Assembly: GCA_951406725.2 (NCBI GenBank)
Contig: OX597814.1
Span: 155,000,001-155,064,000, forward strand
DNA from: Octopus vulgaris
Lineage: Eukaryota
Length of the DNA stretch: 64,000 nucleotides
Reading direction: 5' to 3'
The position numbers were made by a program, and so were the translations under genes. Positions 1 through 13,099 of the stretch are shown piece after piece. The notes beneath the pieces were generated by a model. The model worked only from the letters and a program-made list of their open reading frames with translations. It was not told the origin of the DNA and did no database searches. Each line of letters opens with the position of its first letter. Position 1 is the first letter of the stretch.

Positions 1-1416
1 GTAGAGTCCAATTATTGCTAAATCATTAGATTTGTTGTACACATATACTGATTCACAATAGCCACTGAAGAACGAGGCGTTTGGATCTTCGGCAAATGAA
101 TCTTGAAGGAAAATGGCAACTCTTCCCCTTCTTCTGCCGGTGCGGTCCGCGCAAATGGAGGTAAAATTCCACACTTTTGCTTTGGCTTCCAAGTAGGAGT
201 TATCAAGGTGGATTTCATTGAGGACGAAGAAAAGAATGTGATGAGAGAAGTCGGCAATCTAATCTTCAACGAAGTGAATAAGTAATAATAATAAGGTCCC
301 TGATTATCACTCTCATTGTCAGTATCATTTATAATAACATCAACCCTAGTAACAATTGTATTAGGACTATGGCTCACCATTTCATAAACGCAGGACAAAC
401 CTGATAAAAGCATAACTGAATATTTGGATGTAATGGAGTATGTAAAAGCTACTAACAACCTATTCTGCTGTGAATCCTTCTGTATATTATACGAGGATAA
501 ATTCTGCCTCCTTAATTACTTTTCAGTTGACATCACAAAACTTTCTCTCATTACCCTAAATCTCTGTTCCGACTAAACAAATTAGTTCTTCCTTTCAGCC
601 TTACATTGTACATCTAAAATTTGCTATACTTAGAATTGTCTTGTTTTAGCACCTATCCACCAATCTTGCACCCATTCTGTCTCTCTAATCAACGCACTAT
701 TACATCACCTGCCTTCTCAAATTTTACTATTCTTTGCTTTTGACGTGACTGACACAAAATTAGTGTCATTATAATTCATGTTTATTGTTTTTTCCCTATT
801 TACTGTGACTGATTTGTTGTATACTGTTTGCTTGCTCTATATTGATTGTCCATTACGTTTTTCTCCGGTCTTCCTTTAGTTTAGTTTCCCTCAGCAGTTT
901 TATCTGTCTCCCATTTTTCTATAATTCTTCTTACTTCAATACCCTTTCTACATTTCTTGTCACTATTTTCCAATTGAACTTATATGTATTTATAAACACT
1001 ACTTTTTACTAAGCTATTTGCCCGTGTCTTCTGACGAGGATAATATGATTCTGCATAAGGAGACACTAAAAAATACGTGGCAGTCCATACACTTACAGTG
1101 TTAATGGACTTCATTAGATAATGTACAAGTTACGCACCAGTCATTGTAAATCGGAAACAATTTGAACTATTAGCTGAACGGTGTGGCTCTATCTCACATA
1201 GATCATACAATCATAAAATATCGGTAGATTTGTAATTACCATTCTTTTGGCAAACGTATTTCACGGGTGTATAGCATCCCCTTTGTGGAAGAGTTTTGAA
1301 AGAGCTTACATATTGGCATACTCAGCTACGAAGTGAATTTTCCATTAAGCTGGTGATGTATACTTCACTGTTATATCAGCAGTATTGGCCTGATAAACAG
1401 TATGGTTACTCAAACA

Positions 1417-1540
<124 letters not shown>

Positions 1541-1600
1541 TTAACTATTTATCTATCTATTTATATTTATCCCTATAAGAGGAGCTTGTTTCCTTGCATT

Positions 1601-1645
<45 letters not shown>

Positions 1646-1658
1646 CACATACATGCCT

Positions 1659-1724
<66 letters not shown>

Positions 1725-1729
1725 AGATG

Positions 1730-2110
1730 AAAGAATGTATGGTAAATAAACAAACGGCACAACGTATACTGAGTCTACAACCGGACGGGAGACAAACGCA
1801 GAATGTCCCTAATTCTTCATCAGTTTTCAACTAATTTAGTAATACTCAGCTTCGCACTATTAATGATAAGACTGAGAACTTCCTATATTGGCGGTGCCCG
1901 CAAAACTTTTTTGCGGAGAATTTAGGGCCTAGAGGAAAGAAAACAATATAGAATGGACATACAAAAGTGAATAAGTGAGATTTAGGACGATGGACAAAAA
2001 CGAAATATATAAAATAAAGTATGAACAAAATAGCCTTAGGACCAAAAAGCCAATAATAGTTGGTAACACTTAGAAGACATCCTAAAGGATAATGAACAGT
2101 GAGACAGAGA
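1730..2110 (-). mobile_element. Non-autonomous repeat, family C, carrying a rearranged hammerhead; homolog at about 42640-42910
   Basis: Shares ATTGGCGGTGC, TTTAGGACG(A/G)TGGAC, AGCCTTAGGG and GGTAAC(A/G)CTT blocks with 42640-42910; ends next to a (TA)n/(CA)n tract. Confidence 0.6.
1817..1897 (-). ncRNA. Rearranged (non-circularly permuted) hammerhead motif, family C, partly decayed
   Basis: Minus strand: GCAC-c-GCCAAT...CTCAGTC^TTATCA-ttaata-GTGC-GAAG-CTGAG...ATTAGT-TGAAAA-CTGATGA. GUC triplet; A15.1 is G; mismatches in stem I and helix X. Confidence 0.65.
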
Positions 2111-3111
2111 ATATGTATGTATTATACATTATTGTATATTTGAAATTTGAAAATATACATTATTGTATATTTGAAATTTGAAAATATACATTATTCTATA
2201 TTTGAAAAGATACGGGACCAGTGCGAGAAAGGGAATATATATACACACACACATACCTAAATGAATAAAGTAGCTGTGGCTTGGTCACTGAAGCGATTGC
2301 ATTGAAGAGCAGCTAATGGCCACCTTTTACTAGTCCCAAGAATTATCTTCCCTGTTTATTTTTTATTTTTATTTTTTATATTACTTCGTTTAACTATAAG
2401 ACGATTTTAATTAGTTTGCTACGCGAATTTTTTTTAATAATTTAATTCGGTAGTGTTTTGTACGTGAATGACTTTTCACTTATTTAACATTGGATCTATG
2501 GGTCTGTTGTTACCTCTACATTCAATTACTCTTCGTTCTCCTTTTCTTCTTATTTACTACCTGTCTTAAATAAAACAGCAAATTGGAAGGGCGACGTAGG
2601 AGAAATATCGAATAAAGTAAAATACTGAATTGCACAAGGGCCAGTCGATTGTACATTTCAGGTAAGTTTGAGTATTGATGAAGTCAAGTATCAACGCGAA
2701 ATAATTAATGAACCCTGCGCTATGTATTGAGTACGTTTTCCTTGCTCAAACAACTATATGAATTTGTGCGTATATATCCTGTATGTAATGCATGCACGCG
2801 TATGTTTGCGTGTAGGTTAGCGTTAGTTTCAGTTTAACTGTGAACAGAATTACAGTATCTTGCATTCTATCATGGGAGTGTTTTAAGTTGGCAGCGTGAT
2901 TTTAATGTTATGTTATTCTCTAGAAATTTCACTTACGAGTTTCGTATACATACATACATGCATGCATGCACACATACATACATACATACATACATTCATA
3001 CATATATATATATATAGAGAGAGAGAGGGGGAGACAGGGAGAGGAGGAGAGAAACTTATATACATACACAAATACACGCACTCATATAGGCATGCATGCG
3101 TGTATATATGA

Positions 3112-3544
<433 letters not shown>

Positions 3545-3974
3545 AATCAATTAGAGATAAAACCACTATTATGCAACTCAAACAGTGATAGACATAAACT
3601 AATACATAAATAACAAATAATATATATATATAATTTTTAAAAAATATATAACTTATAAAAAAGTATAAAATGAATGATATATATGTATATGTATGTATAT
3701 ATCAAACACTCACATATATAACAGAGGTTATATCAGATATACATAATGTTTTAAGTTGAAATATTAATGAAGATATAGCTCTACTTCTTCGCTGTCTTAC
3801 GGAAGAGTCACGACTTTAATATCAGAAAATAGTTGTCAACATGTCAACTTCCTCAGTCATTAATTTGATTTATATTCTTTGAAAAGTCTTTTCCATTCCT
3901 CTAGTCTGAGAGTTACAGAAGCTCAATAATTGTAAATCGTTTCACATAAAAAAGTTTACATTTAAATTGTAAAG

Positions 3975-4150
3975 CCGTAGGGTTATGAAGTTTGGTTCGC
4001 AAATGCATGGTTTCGGGTTCAGTCCCACTACGCGGCAACCTATCCTATATGTAGTATACAGTCCTGAAGTGCAGCACTGTATCCCCAGGTCGGATAATGT
4101 TTTGTAAATTAATATGGAACGCGGAAATTGTGAGAAGCCCATCGTATATG
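3975..4150 (+). mobile_element. Decayed 5' part of abundant SINE family 1
   Basis: GGGTTCAGTCCCACTACG...ACGCGGAAATTGTGAGAAGCCC resembles the intact copy at 17383. Confidence 0.6.
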
Positions 4151-4807
4151 TGTGTGTATGCGCGCGCACGAGTGTGTATGTGTTTGTTTATGTAAGTATG
4201 TATGTATTTATGTATTATACATTATTGTATATATTATTTGTTATAAATTATACTTTAATTCTCACCGTGCTTTAAATAAAGCGTCACAATGAGCATCGCT
4301 TAAATAACATCTCCAAATCTGTACACCACATGTCTAGTTGAATCAGCTAACAGACATAAACACAATAATCTCATAATCATACAGCTTTATTTTCCTGGTA
4401 CCTAGTGTGTAACAATAGTAGCGTAGCTGGGGGTCGAATCCTGGGGGAAGTCCGCCCCGGGCAACGCTTTTATGAAGGTGGTACTTCTGGGTCTATATTG
4501 GGGCACGGTAACCGGAAAGGCTGCCGCGAGTAGCACACACTAGCTAAGCTACTGCAATATATTGCTGAAATTTCAGAGAAATTTCTTAAAGCTATATAAA
4601 TTAGCAGGTTTTTTTGACATACAACATCTGTGACATTTTTCACATTTACTTTTATTTATGCTTTCTGTATACTTTTAGTACATTCTTGAAAGATTATTCA
4701 AAAGAACACCTTAAAATGGAAAATAAAAAAATAATCGGGAAAATTCTTAGAATGTTTTTAATAAATTCAAATATAGAAGGAACATGTACAAGATATGAAA
4801 ATAGTTA

Positions 4808-4875
<68 letters not shown>

Positions 4876-5430
4876 GAGTGAGAGAGCAGTGCATGCCATC
4901 AAAGTGACACTGGGGTAAAATATACGAAGCCCAGTATACCCATCATAACTACCCGTCTGATAAGGGTACACTAGGCACATGCATCACAACCATATGTGCA
5001 CTACATTGTGATCTCATATCAAGATAAACAGCACATGACCTTGCAGGTGGGGCCCAGTTAGAATTTTCTTCTGGTCCAGTAACCCGTCCCGCTCAAAAGG
5101 TCCCTGAATAAGGGTTGTTTAAGGATGTTGAACGAAACACCCATATTTCCAGAGGTGAATTGCTCAAACCCCAAAGAATCCCTTTCAACACATGGCTATG
5201 ATGCTCCCCAACTACTTCTGATCGTGATCAGAGATGCACATATCGTCAGCCACTAAGGGACATGGTCAACTGGTTAAGGTCAAACAACTGACAGGCAAAT
5301 CTGTGGTATCCAGCAGAATATTTGCTGTAACCCATCTTTTATACCAAGACAAAAAACAATGTACATGATAACACTTCCAATCAGTTAAGATCAGAAGCCA
5401 CAAGAGCCACTACCAGGTACTGCATCAGGG

Positions 5431-5431
<1 letters not shown>
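4876..5431. mobile_element. About 555 bp non-coding element inserted precisely in an (ATT)n microsatellite
   Basis: Complex sequence with long (ATT)n runs directly on both sides; no ORF and no TIR. The pattern fits a microsatellite-targeting non-autonomous retroelement. Confidence 0.65.
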
Positions 5432-5502
<71 letters not shown>

Positions 5503-6117
5503 CATCATTATCATTATCATTATCATTATCATTATAACGAAACAACAACTAGAGTGATAGCAAACACTATATGAGAGCAATGAGATACTTTAAAAATGCT
5601 ATGTCACAACACTTCACATGTTCTTAGTCTTGGTTTTCTTTAACAAAATACTTCCAATTTGAGCGGTTGTTGACTCTATACAAGAGACCGGTGGGGGCTC
5701 ACAATTCACATGTGTACGATGATGAAGATGGTGTTATATGCACTAACATACTTAGCTTGCATCTATAAATACAAATTACGTTGCATCTGTAAATAGACCA
5801 TCATGTTGGGTGGCAATGATGCATTCGCCAGCAAGCTGTAACCACTTGTACACCGAATGTGCTGAATCATATTCGAAATCAGCAAGCTGTGCATTAGCCG
5901 ATGCACTAGAATCTTCTTCGTTCGTCATCTTTGCTGTGTCTTACTTACAAAACTCCACTGTAAAACCTTCGCCAAATCTTTTATCCTTAGAACGGCAACC
6001 ATCTGGAACTCATGATCGTGCACATTTTCTCTGCAGGTATCAATCTTTAGAAGTTTTTTTGATCAACGGTTGATGTTCAAGAGCAATGAACTCTACTCGT
6101 TCTCGTCATAAGGAAAA

Positions 6118-6344
6118 TATATTTCTTTATTGCCCACAAGGGGCTAAACATAGAGGGGACAAACAAAGACAGACAAAGGGATTAAGTCAACTACATCGAC
6201 CCCAGTGCGCAACTGGTACTTTATTTATCGGCCCCGAAAGGATGAAAGGCAAAGTCGACCTCGGCGGTGTTTGAACCCAGAACGTAACGACAGACGAAAT
6301 ACTGCTGAGCATTTCGCCCGGCGTGCTAACGCTTCTGCCAGCTC
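6118..6344 (-). mobile_element. tRNA-derived SINE family 2
   Basis: GAGCTGGCAGAAGCGTTAGC (A box-like) ... GGGTTCAAAC (B box) ... GTCGACTTTGCCTTTCATCCTTTCGGGG. Copies at 37069, 48158 and 54776. Confidence 0.8.
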
Positions 6345-7002
6345 TGAAAATAGTAGATTATTTCCCCAATTCTGCCTTCTACACTTCGCTACGTAACAAC
6401 GCAGAACCTTTATGTGGTCACTTCACCTGCTTGAAATAGCAACCAAATCCCCCTTCCATATTTAAAAGAATACATTTTGGAGCTAAACAACAATAAAAAT
6501 ATTTTGCTGTTTCCATATTACGTTATGTAACCGCAATCAATATTTTCTCAGAAAACTTTTGTTAAACATTAGTGTTCGTTAAGCAAATTAGAAAATTATT
6601 ATCACCAAATTAAATTAATAATAAATTAATGAACAATTTTTCTGTGGTATCCATTGAGTTTGCCTGTTATCCACAAAATACGTCTCCCTCTGGGTTTTAC
6701 GTGTGTTTTTATAATCGCTAGAGTAATTATAATATGCACATTTATATATTTTTCCTGCATGTGTAAGCCTTCTGTAGGGAAAAGTTCATAATACCTTCAT
6801 TTGACAGAATATTACGCAGTGAAATTTACCCAGCATGTATCATCATAAGAGAAAAATATATATAACTGTTTATTATATTTTGTTTCAGATCGTTTCTCTG
6901 CTATCAAATAGTTTAATTAAGTGAAACCAGTCTGTAAGTGAATCCTCAGTAGTAATATAAATATACACACACGTATATATATGTATCTATGTATGTAATG
7001 TA

Positions 7003-7120
<118 letters not shown>

Positions 7121-7148
7121 TATACATATATATACATATATATATATA

Positions 7149-7186
<38 letters not shown>

Positions 7187-9590
7187 CATGCAGCTATAAG
7201 TCTGTAAGCTAGCTGGCTGGCTGGCTGGCTGGTTCACGTTTTCTGACATCTTATAATAATGTATCAACTCATTGCAAAATCTCTTGAAATTTAATCTAAC
7301 ATAACAAGGTTTCTTGTGAATGATGCAACAGCGATAGGCAACACTATACTATGGCTAAAAAGTTGCTTTTGTTGCTACGTGTGTTAAAGTTCAATCCTAC
7401 AGAGCAGCACATTGCATAAACGTTTTCTAGACTTAGACAAACCAAAGCCTTTTGAATAAAATTGATAGATAAAAACTGTGAAAACCAGCTAGTGTAGCTG
7501 TTTCTGCATTTTGGCGGTGGATTTAATCCGTCATCTGGTCTAAAACCACCGTTAGACACTTGTTATAAACATCTGGGTTAGAATCCAGTTTTAGGATAAT
7601 TTTCCGCCTCTTTCTCCCAGTTGTATGCTCTGAAAAAGCGCTATGGGTGATTCCCTTCCTCCTCTCACTAAATGATAAGAATGTTTTGAAATGCACGTCA
7701 GGATAAGAATCTAGAGCCATATTTCTTTTGAAAATTGACAATACTCAGAGGAACGCAGCTCCGATAACAGACAGAGTCAACATCCACTGACAAGGTTGCA
7801 AAAGAAACGAAACTTTTTGGAATACACATAAAATAAATAAAATGAGTGGAAATTGAACCGGTGAGTGTGTTAGATATTAAAGCAGTATGCCTTTGCCCAG
7901 ATATATCAAAATACTTAGAAGAGTTTCACTTTATTTCTCTCTGAACTTCTTGTCTCTTTGTTTTCAATATACTAATTTGACGGTGAAAGCACGTGGCCTA
8001 GTTGCTAGGATGTTGCATTCACGACTGCAAAATAGTAGTTTCGATCCTCGGGTCGGGCAGTGCGTTGTGTTTTTGAGCAAACTACTTCATTTCACATTAC
8101 TCCAGTTCGCTCAGCTGCGATGGTCTAGCGTCCTGTTCAAGAGGAATGTTGCGATTTCTGCCCCTTATGCTCCATGGAAAGCGGGTAACCAGCTGTATGA
8201 GTTCTAGAACTCGAGATTCTACTTACTTTTATTTGTTTGAAAAGAAAACTTCCATGGGTGTTCGTTTCTGTTTTTGTGTTTTCAGTTTATCATGATGTGA
8301 ATTCTATACACAACGCCTACATGATTTCAAATAACAACCAAATTCCCCTTAAACTACAAGTTAGCATTCCCTCGCCAAAATAAAAATTAGGAAGGCATAT
8401 GATAATTAAGTAATGTAAAACTGGATTCATTGTCTGAAAATCAGATGTGGTGACCATATCTGGAAAGCATTGTTCATACATCAGCTAGCTCGGGGATGAC
8501 CTGTGGTTGAAAAACAGTAACGTCAATATTCCTTTAAATTTATTATTAAAAAGTCATTTCAACTAATTGCTCAACGACATTGGTTTCGTCTGAATAAAAA
8601 AAATTACCCTTTCATACGTTCTAATTCAAATATCATTTATTTGTAAAGAACATTGGTTTGCACCGGAACCTCTAATTCACTGACATATTTGTATGCTGAT
8701 GTTAGGGAAGAACTATATAATTATTCCTGATGCTTGTGTAATAAATAATTATTTAATTCACCTTAAAATGTTCTAAAATAAAAGTGTTAAAATGTCGATT
8801 AGTGCATGCCATCGATGTAACCATGAGTTGAAAAGCCGATTTTAATCACTTTAATGAGAAAAATGATATATGTAGAAAATTAATTGAATTATAAATGAAT
8901 TAAAACTAGTTTCACCAAGTGTAGTTTACACTGAAAGTCACCATCAAGTAGATGCACTTCAATTCATCCTCAGTTCTATAAACATTTAGCTTCACTCGTT
9001 GTTGCACCAACATAGCCGAAACAAGATTTGACGTGAGGCAGCTTACACACCTTTCGTAGACAGTACACAGAGAGTAATGTTGATTAATTAGAACTTTAGT
9101 AGCTTGGTGAAAATCCCTCACCAAAAACTCCTTCTTCCCTTCACCATAATTTCCAAAAGACACCCATACATTCACAGACGCACATAAATACATACGCGCT
9201 CAAACTCACGCGCTCTCATATAGACAATGAGATTTGGGATGCTGGTAAAATCTGATTCTAGACAAAAATTTTAAAGTGAAAGTTTTAAAGACGCAAAGAA
9301 ATATCAATTTTAACAGCACCAACAGAAACAGTTTACTGACTAAAGACACTTTTTTCATTATTTATTTATGTTCGTATTTTATGTACAGGTACTAACTCGC
9401 AAAATCATGGCATAGATATTTATGTTTATGTACCTATATTTGTATTATTATACCTCATTATCAGTGTTCAAAGTTACTATACGAAGTCAAATATGGCATT
9501 TGAGTCGACGTAGTTTTTTCATCCATAAAAAGTTCTGTCAAGCTATTAGATTCAATATATACACGCATAAAGCGGTGAGCTGGCAGAATC

Positions 9591-10580
9591 GTGTGACCTT
9601 CTATACAAATATAATTTGCAGAAAATATACGAGGTCGTCCGCACGAGGTGGGACCTGTATATAGTTCTACCTATTATACGTGCAGTTATTTTTCAAAAGT
9701 CCTCGTTTTGGTGCACTAAATTAGCGGAAAACAATACTGCAGAAAATAATTTACTGCAGTGGCTTTCGCCGGTTAGAGAACGTATTAATTTAAATTTAAA
9801 TTTAAAATGAGGGTGAGAAATTGGATATTAATTTAATTAACATCAATTTAACACCAGTGGTCTAGCATATTAAAATTCTGAAAGTTCATTAAATTGTATT
9901 ATATACATATGAGAGGGATGACCGCCATGTGGACAACCCTTATGCTAGAAGTAGATCCGCTATGGTCTAACCACTAAGAAATGTTCTCAAGAAAAATGCT
10001 CTCAAGAAAAATTTAGCAATTTCTCACCCTCATTTTAAATTTATAATTTAAATTTAAATTAATACGTTCTCTAACCGTCGAAAGCCACTGCAGTAAATTA
10101 TTTTCTGCAGTATTGTTTTCCGGTAATTTAGCGCGCCAAAACGAGGAATAACCGCACGTATAATAGGTAGAACTATATACGACCTCGTGTGGACGCCCTC
10201 GTATATTGTTCTGCAAATTATATTTGTATAGACGGTCACACTGAGGATCTATGGACAAATTGCGTAAGTGAAATTACGTAATCTGTTTATAGTGAAACAT
10301 GTATGTGAATAATCTATAATCTATATTTTTGTTACTTTTCATATGTCTTGCACGCTTACGTTCTGGTGTTTACTAGACTTTTCTTGAGAACATTTCTTAA
10401 TGGTTAGACCATAGCGGATCTACTTCTAGCATATATGTTGTATACATGGTGGTCATCCCTCTCATATATATATATAATACAATTTATTGAACTTTCAGAA
10501 TTTTAATATACTAGACCACTGGTGTTAAATTGATGTTAATTAAATTAATATCCAATTTCTCACCCTCATTTTAAATTTAT
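9591..10580. repeat. Nested long inverted repeats (P-Q-P'-R-Q'), PLE-like inverted terminus
   Basis: 9591-9823 is inverted at 10018-10241, and about 9798-9994 is inverted at 10379-10580. ORFs 9616+ and 10013- share ENNTAENNLLQWLS. Confidence 0.85.
10236..10308 (+). ncRNA. Type I hammerhead ribozyme motif (minimal palindromic stem III)
   Basis: TCACA-CTGAGGA-t-CTATGGACA..ATTGCGTAA/TTACGTAAT..TGTTTATAG-t-GAAA-CAT-GTA^TGTGA. Stem I 5 bp, long stem II, U10.1.U11.1, ACATGT palindrome. Confidence 0.8.
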
Positions 10581-10599
10581 ATGTATATATATATATATG

Positions 10600-10698
<99 letters not shown>

Positions 10699-10719
10699 AT
10701 ATATATATATATATATATA

Positions 10720-10910
10720 AATCTAATGCTCGTAGCTTAGTTTTTCCTTGAGGCTGGCCGGATCGGAGCGATCTCGAGATTAATCAGCCGAAATTGCTAG
10801 GATGATCCGGTTCTTGACTGAAGATTGAAGGCTTCGAATGTCCCGTCCGTGTTTTTTGTATCGTCTTCTAAATGTTTTACGTTCTTGTCCCAGTTTGTAT
10901 TTTTCTACAT
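10720..10910 (+). mobile_element. Family A non-autonomous repeat between (TA)n tracts
   Basis: Homologous to 11830-12070, 12620-12812, 46172-46300, 53485-53717 and 62300-62510. Confidence 0.8.
10752..10824 (+). ncRNA. Rearranged hammerhead ribozyme, family A, intact core
   Basis: GGCTG-g-CCGGATC-gg-AGCGATC^TCGAGA-ttaat-CAGCC-GAAA-TTGCT-aggat-GATCCGG-t-TCTTGA-CTGAAGA; all four helices pair. Confidence 0.8.
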
Positions 10911-11410
10911 ATTTATATATATATATATATATGTACACACACATATGATTTTTTCCCTCTCTCGTATTCCTTAATCCCTTTCCCCTCTCCCATATCTCTT
11001 AGTCCTTCTGCCTTCTTCAACTCCTCCCCTCCTCTTCCACGTGATCACTGTCCAGTTTAGGCATTTTCGTATTTTTTCGGCTGACCACCTTTCAAGTTAG
11101 TCGCATCTGTTCTGTTCTGTCTCGTCACCCGGTCAGTTAAGATTTTTCCATTTCTTTTTTCCTTGCTATAGCCTACTACACTGTCTGATAGTCGAAAAAC
11201 TCTGTTTTGTTTTATTTTTATTGCAATTGTATAATTATTTTCCTTTTGTTGTATAGCCGAAAAGCTTTTGTCCATTGTATATAATTATAATTCTATTTCT
11301 TATGTTACGTTCGTCCGATAGTCGAAAGACCCTTTCAGTTTGTTATTTCCTTGTGTTAGTATATGTACATTTGTTTGCCTTGCTTAGGGTTTTAATGTCT
11401 TCAGGCCTTA

Positions 11411-11483
11411 GCTCAACTGGTTTCGAGTAGTATCGGAGAGGATTGGGCGAAACTACGTGGACATTCCAGACTCCGATTAAAGG
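11411..11483 (+). ncRNA. Rearranged hammerhead motif, family D, CUGANGA decayed
   Basis: GCTCA-a-CTGG..GTAGTA^TCGGAG-aggat-TGGGC-GAAA-CTAC..CCAG-a-CTCCGA-TTAAAGG; all helices pair. Confidence 0.65.
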
Positions 11484-11957
11484 GGTAATTGGCAGCGAAT
11501 GATCCGTATATCTTGTTTTGTCCCGTTTGCCATTGTACACACACACAGTATCTCACATAAGTTTGCCGAGCTATCGTCATTTTCCTGCTTGTTATGTTTT
11601 GACGATTCGGTTTACGTTGTTTCTTTTACCCCTAAAACATACATACATACATACATACATACATACATACATACATGCATACATATATACATACATACAT
11701 ACATGCATGCATATATACATGCATACATATATATATGTTGTGGATTTATAGAAAGAAAGCCCATAAAGCTCAAAAAATATATTCATATATACGTATGTAT
11801 GTATGTTGTCCCATTTTGTATGTTATATATATATATATATACAAGAATGGGACAAGAACGCAAAACACCCGGACAGCTAGGTGATACAAAAAGGGACAAC
11901 AAAACATCCAGGTAGATGATACAAAGAAAACAAGGACGGGTCATTCGAAGTTTTATT

Positions 11958-12030
11958 TCCTCAGTCAAGCACCAGATTATCATCGCAATTTCGGCTGATT
12001 ATTCTTGAGAGTGCTCCAATCTGGCCAGCC
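11958..12030 (-). ncRNA. Rearranged hammerhead, family A (CTGAGGA; 16.2 mismatch)
   Basis: Minus: GGCTG-g-CCAGATT-gga-GCACTC^TCAAG..CAGCC-GAAA-TTGC..AATCTGG..CTTGA-CTGAGGA. Confidence 0.7.
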
Positions 12031-12593
12031 CAAAGGAAAAATTAATCTAAGAGCATTAGATTCCTTGGAAAAAAGCAAATGTATACAAAAATAGTGACTG
12101 AGAAAGCAGACAATGTTACACAAATATGAATACAAAAAATAATAATAAAAATAATAACAGGGCATAACAACAAGTGTCTTTCGACTAAGGACGAATTGAA
12201 TTGAACTGGTGCGTGTGGAAATGAAGCCTTACGGCAGAGATACAAAATTTTCACAAACACAGGGAAGAATATCGATGTTGCACGGACAATGGTCAGAACA
12301 AGAAAGAAAGAGCAGGCTTGACCGAACACCACGTGGGAAGAGAAGAGAGAGAAGTAGAAGCAGAGGGACAGAAGAATTAAGGAGGGGCGAAAAAAAATGA
12401 CAGGGACACAGTGAAGTGAAAAGTGGAGGGAAAGTAAGAAGCGAAGGCAAAGAAATGTGAGAGAGGGGAAACGGAAGAACGAAAAGTGGAATGAACGAAT
12501 AAGCGTGAAAGGGCGTGATAGACAGAAATAGAGTCGTACAAGATTTTGAAAAATGTGTACTTACATATTAGAGACCAAAGTGTACGTACGCAG

Positions 12594-12629
<36 letters not shown>

Positions 12630-12744
12630 CAAAATGGGATAAGAACGCAAAACTTCCGGACAGCTAGGTGATACAAAAATATACAACAAAACATTCAGAT
12701 AGACGATACAAAGAAAACAAGGACGGGTCATTCGAAGTTTTCTT

Positions 12745-12812
12745 TCGTCAGTCAAGCACCAGGTTATCCTCGCAATTTCGGCTGATTATTCTTGAGATTG
12801 CTCCAATTTGGC
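12745..12812 (-). ncRNA. Rearranged hammerhead, family A, 5'-truncated (CTGACGA)
   Basis: GCAATC^TCAAG..CAGCC-GAAA-TTGC..CTTGA-CTGACGA; the GGCTG strand is replaced by another repeat at about 12813. Confidence 0.6.
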
Positions 12813-13099
12813 AACGCCACGCATCCATTTCCAACTGAGTTTATCTTAACCTTTTTGATGCAACTCTACTCTATACTGTTTTCTCTCTCATCCTTTTATA
12901 ATTCCCCTTCTTCCCTTCACTGTTTTCTATCTCTCTCTTTCTCCTTTCTCTTTTACTCTTTCTCCTTGCTCACACGTAACCATTATCCATCTTTTTTTTC
13001 CTCAAGTGACCATCTTTCTTTTCCTGCACGACGTTCTAAAAAATGGACGTCTTCTATCTCTCTCTTCAAACGTTATTGTTTTGAAAGAGTATTTCTCCC

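Noticed and set aside
18-458. 146 aa minus-strand ORF
   Set aside because: No recognisable domain, non-ATG start, and it includes a TAT repeat; may be decayed element sequence cut by the window edge.
1024-1066. GTGTCTT-CTGACGA...GAGACAC possible type I hammerhead
   Set aside because: Stem I and the first box are present but there is no GAAA box or stem III; at most a deleted relic.
7480-7620. Minus-strand CAGATGA...GAAACAGCT..AGCTG after a PLE-like ORF end
   Set aside because: The core is mutated and stems I and II do not pair convincingly.
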